Position numbers and translations under genes: made by a program. Below, one piece after another: positions 10,902-18,688 of a DNA stretch of 64,000 nt. Origin of the DNA: Terriglobia bacterium. GTDB taxonomy: Bacteria > Acidobacteriota > Terriglobia > Acidiferrales > UBA7541. The notes below the pieces were generated by a model, which was not told the DNA's origin, did no database searches, and saw nothing but the letters and a program-made list of their open reading frames with translations. Location of the stretch: contig OY968796.1 of NCBI GenBank assembly GCA_963695545.1, positions 2,432,001 through 2,496,000 of the forward strand. Direction: 5' to 3'. How positions within the stretch are numbered: position 1 is the first letter of the stretch; every line of letters begins with the position of its first letter.

Positions 10902-11846
10902 ATGCCAAATCCATCCGCATCTCGACACATCACCATCATGGGCAGCTTCGTCGCCGACCTCGCCTTTCGCACTCCGCGCATTCCCGCCTGGGGAGAAACG
11001 ATTCTCGGCGCCTCTTTCGTTCTCGGCCCCGGCGGCAAAGGATCGAATCAAGCCGTAGCCGCCGCGCGCGCCGGCGGCAGCGTCACTTTCCTCTGCAAAC
11101 TCGGCCGCGACACTTTCGGCGATCTCGCCCGCCGCACGTACACAGAAGAAGGCATCGACACCAAATTTGTTTTTGATTCGGCCGAGCAGGGAACCGGCGC
11201 CGCAGCCATCATCATCGACGAGAAGCGCGGAGAAAACGCCATCATCGTCGTTCCCGGCTCCGGCTATCACTTGACCATCGCCGAAGTCGACCAAGCCCGC
11301 GCGCGCATCGCCGAGTCCGCGATCTTCATGACCCAGCTCGAAGTCCCCGTCGCCGTCGCCGAACACGGCCTGAAACTCGCGCGCTCGCTCGGCGTCACCA
11401 CCATCCTCAATCCTGCGCCCGCCGTCCCGCTCCCCGAGCGCATTTATTCTCTCTGTGACTATCTCACTCCGAATGAAACCGAAGCCGCCGCGCTCTCGGG
11501 GCTGCCCGTCGGCAATCTCGCCGAAGCCGAGCGCGCCGCCGATGCCTTGCTCGCCCGCGGCGCTGGCAGCGTGGTCATCACGCTCGGCGCGCAAGGCGCC
11601 TTCGTGAAAAATTCCCAACTCGCGCGCCACGTCCCCGCCGTCGAATTCGGCCCGGTCGTTGAAACCACCGGCGCCGGCGACGCCTTCAGCGGCGGTTTCG
11701 CCGTAGCGCTCTCCGAAGGCGCCGACATCGCAGCCGCCGCTCGCTTCGGCTGCGCCGTCGCCGGCATTTCCGTCACGCGCCGCGGCACCGCCCCCTCCAT
11801 GCCCACCCGCGCCGAAGTCGACGCCCTCCTGAAAAAACCCAAATAG
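10902..11846 (+). CDS. rbsK: Ribokinase (PfkB family)
   Basis: GPGGKGSNQAVAAAR, LNPAPA, TPNETEA, ETTGAGDAF. Confidence 0.92.
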   Translation: MPNPSASRHITIMGSFVADLAFRTPRIPAWGETILGASFVLGPGGKGSNQAVAAARAGGSVTFLCKLGRDTFGDLARRTYTEEGIDTKFVFDSAEQGTGAAAIIIDEKRGENAIIVVPGSGYHLTIAEVDQARARIAESAIFMTQLEVPVAVAEHGLKLARSLGVTTILNPAPAVPLPERIYSLCDYLTPNETEAAALSGLPVGNLAEAERAADALLARGAGSVVITLGAQGAFVKNSQLARHVPAVEFGPVVETTGAGDAFSGGFAVALSEGADIAAAARFGCAVAGISVTRRGTAPSMPTRAEVDALLKKPK

Positions 11847-11950
11847 CGCCCGCCTCTCGCCGTGGCTTTATTTCGCGCCAGGCGGCATCCAACGGCTCGT
11901 TTCACATTGACGTGTTACGATGGCCGCCGTTGCGCGCGCACGGAGGCTCA

Positions 11951-12040
11951 ATGTCCAATTGGGGTTGGGTCTTACTAATATCGATGGTTTTCGGCGGCTG
12001 TCTATGGTTAATCGGGCTAATCAAGAAAAATAGCGGATAG
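11951..12040 (+). CDS. Unannotated 29-aa single-pass membrane peptide
   Basis: GGAGG RBS 4 nt before ATG; MSNWGWVLLISMVFGGCLWLIGLIKKNSG*; extended -10 TGtTACGAT upstream. Confidence 0.55.
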   Translation: MSNWGWVLLISMVFGGCLWLIGLIKKNSG

Positions 12041-12130
12041 CGTCATATCCAAAGAAAACTCTGGCGCCCCAAACTATCGAGGCCAGCAGCTGACGGCCGC
12101 AGCTCACACTTTCTTGCCATCACAGCCGCC

Positions 12131-12204
12131 TATGTTGCGATAAACGTGCAAACCACGGATTTGGATACCTTGCCAGATGTCCGGTAGACTGCGTTAGCCG
12201 GGAC
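12131..12204 (+). repeat. dif-like site A plus upstream accessory site
   Basis: ATGTCCGGTAG-actgcg-TTAGCCGGGAC (12177-12204); 12131-12165 matches 15411-15445 at 26/35. Confidence 0.6.
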
Positions 12205-12287
12205 TCCGATCCTACGTTTTGGCCTTCCAAAAATGCTTTTCTGACTGTCCGTCGCCGAAAGCTCAAGTGAATCGCAGCGCGCGGAAG

Positions 12288-12734
12288 CTAGTTCGATTTG
12301 ATGGTGCTCTCCACAGGTTTGACCATAGTGGCCGCCACTTCGCACTGACCATCGACCGACTTCCACACACGCAGATAGCCGGTCTGGAATGAGACGTGTT
12401 TGCCCGTTTTTTGTTCGTCGTAACTCACCTCACCCCCTCCGTATTCGTAGGCCATATCGCCGGACTGCGAAACATCAACTCGCTGTGGATGATCCGCATC
12501 AACTTCATTCTTTCTCGGTTCTTCGGCTTCCGCCTTCGCCTTAGCTTCCTCCCGCGCAGCCGCTCCGATGATCGGTTGGTCATACGCACCGGACCAAAAG
12601 AAGTTGTCGTCGGTATATTTGATCGTCTTGTTTTGAACCGCGTCGCGGATCGTCTGCTCTGAGCAAGCCGGCCCTTGGGCCATGGCCGCGATCGGAGCCG
12701 CAAGTAAGAAAACCAAGGCACAAATCGTCTTCAT
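12288..12734 (-). CDS. Secreted NTF2/SnoaL-like (DUF4440) protein
   Basis: Signal peptide; VSQSGDMAYEYG, GYLRVWK..DG. Confidence 0.8.
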   Translation of the reverse strand: MKTICALVFLLAAPIAAMAQGPACSEQTIRDAVQNKTIKYTDDNFFWSGAYDQPIIGAAAREEAKAKAEAEEPRKNEVDADHPQRVDVSQSGDMAYEYGGGEVSYDEQKTGKHVSFQTGYLRVWKSVDGQCEVAATMVKPVESTIKSN

Positions 12735-13014
12735 GCGCGTTCACCTCGCTGAGTTGGGAATAGGAAGGCCCTCTTAGATTGCAGGCTACATTACGATAGC
12801 GGCTTTTCTGCCGTCAACAGCGGCCGCGTTATGCGCGCGCCCCACGCTTGCCCGCCACGGCGGACAAAGACGGGGCCGCCGATTTCTTCTTCGCAATAAG
12901 CGCAGCGCAGCCCAACTCACCGCGCTCACTCGGCATGGCAAACCCAGTCGGGGAACAAGCCATGAAGAATGAAGCGAAGAGGCGCCGCTGCGCATCCCAT
13001 TAGCAGGCGGTTGC

Positions 13015-14382
13015 GTGCATTTCAGTCGCACCGCTGCAATCGCAACCTTGGAGACTGGCGTGGGCGCGTCTGCACCCCGCGTGGTGATCGTGGGCGGAGG
13101 TTTCGGCGGCCTGTTCGCCGCGCGCGGCCTCGCCCGCGCACCGGTCAGCGTCACGCTGATCGACAAACGAAACTATCACCTGTTTCGTCCCATGCTCTAC
13201 CAGGTTGCCACCGGCCTGCTCTCCGCTGATCAGATCTCTGGGCCGTTACGCTCGATCCTCCGCAAGCAGCGCAACGTAGAAGTGCTGCAGGATGAAGTGT
13301 CCGGAGTCGACGCGCAAAAGCGCCTGGTTCACCTGCGCGAACACGAAATTCCCTACGATTACCTTATTCTTGCCACCGGCATTCAATACAACTATTTCGG
13401 ACACAATGAATGGCAGCACGTGGCGCCCGGCCTCGAGTCGCTCGACGACGCCGACCTGATTCGCGGCAAGGTGCTCACCGCCTTCGAGCGCGCCGAGGAG
13501 ACCGCCGCGCTCGATCACACCGATACCGCGGCGATTCAGCAACTGCTCACTTTCGTGTTGGTCGGCGGCGGCACCGTGGGCGTCGAAATGGCTAGCACGC
13601 TGGCGGAAATGTCGCGCATGGCCTTGGCCCACGATTTTCGGCACATCGATCCGCGCTCCGCGCAAATTCTATTGTACGAAGCGGCGCCGCGTATCCTGCC
13701 CGCGTTTCCCGAAGTTCTTTCCGCCAAGGCGCAACGCCATCTCGAAAGCCTGGGCGTGAAGGTGTTCACGAACTCGCCGGTCACCACCGTGGATGCGGAT
13801 GGCATCGTCGCCGGCGGAAAAAGAGTCGCCGCCGGAACCGTGCTGTGGGGAGCGGGCGTCTTGGCGTCGCCGGCTGCACGCTGGTTGGGCGCCGCGATGG
13901 ACAAGTCCGGCAAAGCCATCGTCAACGCGGACATGTCCGTGCCCGGGCATCCGGAAATTTTCACTATTGGCGACACCGCCCATGTGGTTGCGCCGGCGCG
14001 CAATCTGCTGGGCTTCAAATCGAACGACGCCATGGTTATGCCCGGCGTCGCGCAGCCCGCGATTCAAGAGGGAAAATACGTGGCGCAGTTGATCCGCCGG
14101 CGCGTCGAAGGAAAGCCGGCCCCGCCGCCCTTCTGGTATTGGGATAAGGGCGACCTCGCAATTGTGGGCCGCACGTACGCGCTGGCCGATCTTCGCTTTG
14201 TGCGCTTCGCGGGATTTTCCGCGTGGATCGTCTGGGCCGTGGTACACGTCTATTTTCTGATCGGCTTCGCGAATCGTTTCTTCGTCATCTTGCAATGGGG
14301 CATTGCGTTTTTGACCAAGCGCCGCCAGGTCCGCGTCTTCACCGGCCAGGATACAGCGGCAAGAACGGCAAAATCGCCGTAG
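13015..14382 (+). CDS. ndh: Type II NADH dehydrogenase-like FAD oxidoreductase
   Basis: VIVGGGFGGL, LFRPMLYQVATG, VGGGTVGVE, IGDTA, PGVAQPAIQEG, YWDKGDLA. Confidence 0.88.
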   Translation: MHFSRTAAIATLETGVGASAPRVVIVGGGFGGLFAARGLARAPVSVTLIDKRNYHLFRPMLYQVATGLLSADQISGPLRSILRKQRNVEVLQDEVSGVDAQKRLVHLREHEIPYDYLILATGIQYNYFGHNEWQHVAPGLESLDDADLIRGKVLTAFERAEETAALDHTDTAAIQQLLTFVLVGGGTVGVEMASTLAEMSRMALAHDFRHIDPRSAQILLYEAAPRILPAFPEVLSAKAQRHLESLGVKVFTNSPVTTVDADGIVAGGKRVAAGTVLWGAGVLASPAARWLGAAMDKSGKAIVNADMSVPGHPEIFTIGDTAHVVAPARNLLGFKSNDAMVMPGVAQPAIQEGKYVAQLIRRRVEGKPAPPPFWYWDKGDLAIVGRTYALADLRFVRFAGFSAWIVWAVVHVYFLIGFANRFFVILQWGIAFLTKRRQVRVFTGQDTAARTAKSP

Positions 14383-14410
14383 CGCGAATAGAGACCAATA
14401 CCGTCTCCGC

Positions 14411-14509
14411 GTAGCACGGCTAATCCTGGCGGCGCGCCTTCGCCCTTTATCCCTTCCGCCCCAGCTCTCAAAACTCGCCCCGTGCACCGCCAAGAACGCC
14501 GTGCACCAC
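14411..14509. repeat. Degenerate inverted GTAG-type REP doublet (REPIN-like)
   Basis: GTAGCACGGCTAATCCTGGCGGCGC (14411-14435) and an inverted partner GCACCGCCAAGAACGCCGTGCACCAC (14484-14509). Confidence 0.4.
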
Positions 14510-14529
14510 CAGCTAACTCAGCGGGGCAC

Positions 14530-14557
14530 TTGCCCGGAAATCCGGCTAATCAGGAGT
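14530..14557 (+). repeat. dif-like site B
   Basis: TTGCCCGGAAA-tccggc-TAATCAGGAGT; 14527-14559 matches 15449-15481 at 28/33. Confidence 0.7.
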
Positions 14558-14565
14558 TGCAGGAC

Positions 14566-15258
14566 TTAGTGTGGAATCGACTTCCGGAGTTTGTCAGCTT
14601 GTTGTTTGAAAGACTGCAACAAGAATTGCATGGTATGGGTGAATTCCTGGGGCGTTTGACCGGTTTGCTGGGTCGCAGTCAGCGCAGTGCGAACGATATA
14701 GACCGGGCCAGAGTCAGGCTCGCCACTGAACGCCTGCTGATACTGGTTGCGGTTCCAATTCTGGTCCAGTCCCCGCTGTAATATCGCGGCAGCATCTTCA
14801 TTCTGGGAGGCGATCAGAGCGCGGTTGTTGAAGATATTGCTTGCCCATTTGGGTGGGCCAAAAGATTCGCCGTCAGCCCAGACACCTGCAACTACTTCCA
14901 CTTTGTCAGGTAGAGCGTTTCCCATCATTGGACTGAGAGGACGTAAGACCGTCTGTCCCGGTTCGATGGGAGTGTTATTGGGAGTGTTACCTTGCATCAG
15001 CGCATCCCACACTGTCGTTGTTTTCCTTGCGGCTTGCGACGCATAGGATTGTTCGAAGACGCAGGCGGTTACCGTCTTGCCAGTAAGATTCGTGACCGCG
15101 AAACTTGGTCCTTGTCCTTTTTCACCGGTGGCACGAATCTCGATTTTGAATTTAGGTCGTTCTGGTGTGGGCGATGTTCCCTGAGCTGCTGCTGAGAAAA
15201 GCATTCCCCCGCAGAGGACGCAAAAGGCCGCCGCAAACATCTTCATTGAAATCTCCAA
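14566..15258 (-). CDS. Secreted hypothetical protein (cassette cargo)
   Basis: Signal peptide (MKMFAAAFCVLCGGMLFSAAA, likely start 15246); visibly lower GC and different codon usage from neighbours; flanked by direct-repeat sites B and C. Confidence 0.75.
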   Translation of the reverse strand: MEISMKMFAAAFCVLCGGMLFSAAAQGTSPTPERPKFKIEIRATGEKGQGPSFAVTNLTGKTVTACVFEQSYASQAARKTTTVWDALMQGNTPNNTPIEPGQTVLRPLSPMMGNALPDKVEVVAGVWADGESFGPPKWASNIFNNRALIASQNEDAAAILQRGLDQNWNRNQYQQAFSGEPDSGPVYIVRTALTATQQTGQTPQEFTHTMQFLLQSFKQQADKLRKSIPH

Positions 15259-15410
15259 TAGTCAGCCAATGTGTGCATCGTTCCAGAGTTATTTCTAACA
15301 TCAACCCACCGCCCTGTAAGAGTCAGCGCCACAACGAGTGTTCCAAGCAATACCTTCCTCATGTCATTAGCGCACAACAACTCTAAAGCCGGTCGCCGCA
15401 CACGGAGCGC

Positions 15411-15479
15411 TACGTCCTGATAAACGCGGAAACCGCGCATATGGAACCCACTTCTCCGGTAATCCGACTTATCAGGAGT
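15411..15479 (+). repeat. dif-like site C plus upstream accessory site
   Basis: TTCTCCGGTAA-tccgac-TTATCAGGAGT (15452-15479); accessory CGTCCTGATAA-acgcgg (15413-15429) contains the inverted arm TCCTGATAA. Confidence 0.7.
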
Positions 15480-15634
15480 TGGCCGGACTCGGTGGGCGGG
15501 TGAGTGCGGCGGGAATCATCGGAGAAAAAACGGTCCTCCGTCAATACTGCTGTGCGCGGGCCCTCGTTAGATGGACGAATTCGAGGTGCGCCGCAACTCA
15601 TGAATGATCGCGAGGGACGTGGGGAGATGCGCTG

Positions 15635-18070
15635 TTACTCGTAGCGCAGCGCCACCATCGGATCGACGCGCGTCGCTCGCCGCGCCGGAAAATAGCACGC
15701 CGCGCATCCCACCACGATCAGCACGCCCGCCACCGCCGCCAGCGTCACCGGATCGCGCGGCGACGCGCCCGAAAGCTGACTCGCGATCACGCGGCTCAGC
15801 GCCACGCTCAGCAGCAGCCCCACGCCGACGCCTAGCGTCACCAACTGCAGCCCCATCCACATCACCATCCTTAACACGTCCGCGCGCCCCGCTCCCAGCG
15901 CCATGCGAATCCCAATCTCATGCGTCTGGCGCGAAACCGTGTACGCCGTGACGCTGTAAACTCCTAGCGACACCAGCACCAGCCCCAGCCCCGCGAAAAT
16001 TCCCATCAACACAAGTGCGAATTTCGGCCCCGCATACGCGTATTGTTCCAGAAATCCCTCAAGGCTCCCGGTGTCCGCAGTCGTCGCATTGCGATCCACC
16101 GCCCAGATCGCATCCCGCACCGGATTCACCAGAAGATTCGGATCTCTCACGGTCTTCGCCATCACCGCGCGATAAAAAGTGCCCGTGATCGTCGCCGGGA
16201 CTAGCACCTCCGCCTCGGTCGGCTCGGTCAGCGAGTCGTTTCTCACATCGCTCACCACCCCTACGATCTCGAAATTCGCATTCGGCACCGGATCCACGGG
16301 AAGCGTCTGGAGATCGTCAAGCGTAACGTCCTGGCCGATCGGGTTTTCATTTCCGAAATATTTCGTCACCAGGGTCTGATTCACCACGGCCACTTTCTGC
16401 GCGTCGTTCACTTCCTGCTCCGTCAGCAGTCGTCCGCGCAACAGCCGCATTCCCAACGTCGGGAAATAATTGGCGGTACATAGTGTAACGACGCTTCTCC
16501 AATCGTCCGAATGCACCTTGCCAGGAATATCCAGCTTGGACCCCACGCCGCCAAATGGCGGTATCGAAGTGGTTTCCGCCGTTGCCACTACGCCCGGCAG
16601 CACGTCCATCCGCGCCAGCAGCTTTGTGAAGAACAGCTGCTTCTCCGCCGCCGTCGTGTACTGCCCGCGCGGAAATGCTACGCGCGTGAACAAGATGTGA
16701 TTCGGGTCAAACCCCAAATCGACATCAACCATTTTCACAAACGCATGCATCAGTACTCCCGCGCCCGCCAGCAGCACCAGTGACAGCGCCACTTCAACAA
16801 CCACCAGCACGCTCCGAAATTTTCCGCGCCGGAATCCACCGCTCACGCCGCGTCCCGAATCTTTGAGCGGCTCAACAAAATCGCGTTTGGCCACCTGCAG
16901 CGCCGGCACCAGTCCGAACAAAACAGCGGTGAGAATCGCGGCGACCAGCGCGAACGCCAGCGCCGCCGCGTTCATTCGGATAATCGTTTCCCCCGGAATC
17001 GTGTCCACGGGCATTGCCGCCACGATCTCCGTAATTCCGCCGTATGCAAATACGCACCCCAGCGCCGCCCCACCCAGCGCCAGCAGAAAACTCTCGATCA
17101 ACAATTGCCGAATAATTCTCCATCTCCCCGCGCCCATCGCGGAGCGAATCGCCATCTCTTTTTCGCGCGCCGTCGCTTGCGCCAGCAGCATGTTCGCCAC
17201 GTTGCTGCACGCGATCAGCATCAGCAAGCCCACCGCCGCGGCCAACACGTACAGCGTCGCGCGAAAATCCCCGATGACGTTGTCGACCATCGACACCACC
17301 TGTACCCTGAAATGTTTGGGATAGCTATTCGGATATACCTGTGCTTCGTGCACGGCGATTCCATTCAATTCCGCCGCGGCTTGCTCCTTAGTGATTCCGG
17401 GCTTCAAGTGCGCTTGCAACGTAAAGCCGCGTTTCGCAAAATCCGGATCGCCGCGATTCGCATTCACCGGAATCCACAAATCCGCTCCCAGCTTCGTGAT
17501 GTGCGGCGGCATAATCCCTACCAATATCGTTGGCACGTCGTTCAACACGAAGCTTTTCCCGACGATCGATGGATCCCGTCCAAACGATTTCACCCACGTC
17601 AGGTAGCTCAACACGAATACGGGAGGCGCACCCGGCTTGACGTCGTCCGGCGTGGAGGTGCGGCCCAGCATCGCCGGAACGCCCAGAAAATCGAATGTGT
17701 TTGCGGTTACGTAGCCTCCGTCGAACTGCTCGGTTCCTTCCTTTGTCGTGTATAGGACATCGTCGTTGCCGCCTCCGATCACATCCTCGAACGAGTGGCT
17801 CTGCTCCGCGTAATCCAGAAACTCCGGACCCAGCATCCGCCGGCGCCCGCCCGTGCCCACGTCGCTCGTGTTGTGAATCTGCACCGCTACAATTCTGTCG
17901 GAGTTCTTGTAAGGAAGTGGATTGATCAGAACGTTGTCGATCACGCTGAACATCGCCGTCGAAGCGCCAATGCCCAGCGCCAGCGTCAGCACGGCAATCG
18001 CCGTGAACCGCGGCTTCTTCAGCAACATTCGTGTGGAGTAGCGGAAATCCCGCGCGAGCCCGTCGAGCAT
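15635..18070 (-). CDS. ABC permease, ADOP type (duplicated MacB/FtsX domains)
   Basis: [62 protein letters not shown]; start placed at ATG 18070. Confidence 0.92.
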   Translation of the reverse strand: MLDGLARDFRYSTRMLLKKPRFTAIAVLTLALGIGASTAMFSVIDNVLINPLPYKNSDRIVAVQIHNTSDVGTGGRRRMLGPEFLDYAEQSHSFEDVIGGGNDDVLYTTKEGTEQFDGGYVTANTFDFLGVPAMLGRTSTPDDVKPGAPPVFVLSYLTWVKSFGRDPSIVGKSFVLNDVPTILVGIMPPHITKLGADLWIPVNANRGDPDFAKRGFTLQAHLKPGITKEQAAAELNGIAVHEAQVYPNSYPKHFRVQVVSMVDNVIGDFRATLYVLAAAVGLLMLIACSNVANMLLAQATAREKEMAIRSAMGAGRWRIIRQLLIESFLLALGGAALGCVFAYGGITEIVAAMPVDTIPGETIIRMNAAALAFALVAAILTAVLFGLVPALQVAKRDFVEPLKDSGRGVSGGFRRGKFRSVLVVVEVALSLVLLAGAGVLMHAFVKMVDVDLGFDPNHILFTRVAFPRGQYTTAAEKQLFFTKLLARMDVLPGVVATAETTSIPPFGGVGSKLDIPGKVHSDDWRSVVTLCTANYFPTLGMRLLRGRLLTEQEVNDAQKVAVVNQTLVTKYFGNENPIGQDVTLDDLQTLPVDPVPNANFEIVGVVSDVRNDSLTEPTEAEVLVPATITGTFYRAVMAKTVRDPNLLVNPVRDAIWAVDRNATTADTGSLEGFLEQYAYAGPKFALVLMGIFAGLGLVLVSLGVYSVTAYTVSRQTHEIGIRMALGAGRADVLRMVMWMGLQLVTLGVGVGLLLSVALSRVIASQLSGASPRDPVTLAAVAGVLIVVGCAACYFPARRATRVDPMVALRYE

Positions 18071-18329
18071 AGGCCCTCCGTGCAACTCCCAGGAGATGCA
18101 GCGCAGCGTGTAACGTTTGCCTAAGACGTGGATGGCCGCGCGTCGCGAATCATTCCCTGCCCTGATCTCAACAACCGCGGAAACTGCGCGCAGATAATAT
18201 CAGTTCCCACCAAGCCAGTCGCGTTCTTACAATATTCGAAGGATCCGTCACTTCCCCGCACCACACCTTCCTCCTTGTTCCGCTCGATCTCTTCGCAATC
18301 GCCGGAAAAAGTGAGGTACTAGGGCCCAG

Positions 18330-18564
18330 ATGTCCGGTAATCCGGGTGGTCTCAATGGGTCGACGTAACACCAGCTCGAAGTCCGCTTGCGGGAGCCCAA
18401 AACGCCAAAGTCATTCGCGAGCGTTGAGTCAAACAAAAGCACTACCCTGTGTAGGTCTAATGAACACAAAGCCGCCAGAACAGTTCTCTTTCAGGAAGCC
18501 TTTCCAATCAATTGATTGGAGGGCGTTGCGTCGACCCGTTGAGCTGGCGCGGCTTATCGGGAGT
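18330..18564 (+). repeat. dif-like site D, interrupted by an IS30 remnant
   Basis: Left arm ATGTCCGGTAA (18330-18340) and right arm TTATCGGGAGT (18554-18564); removing the insert and one CG restores spacer TCCGGC, identical to site B. Confidence 0.7.
18345..18549 (-). mobile_element. Internally deleted IS30-family element (MITE-like, 205 bp)
   Basis: Terminal IRs CTCAATGGGTCGACGTAACACC (18351-18372) and 18522-18543, 19/22 identical; 2-bp CG duplication (18343-44, 18550-51); minus-strand decayed transposase C-terminus LTQRSRMTLAFWAPASGLRAGVTSTH* resembling IS30 LNxRPRKTLGxxTP. Confidence 0.8.
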
Positions 18565-18688
18565 TGTGGACGTGTTCGAGTTGGCCATCCACGCGAGCCC
18601 ACCGATCGCCGATCCCCAACGCGAGCTTCGAAATCGCGATTGGTTCAATTTTATTGCGGCGTGTTCAGATCGCGGGACAGCATCAATT

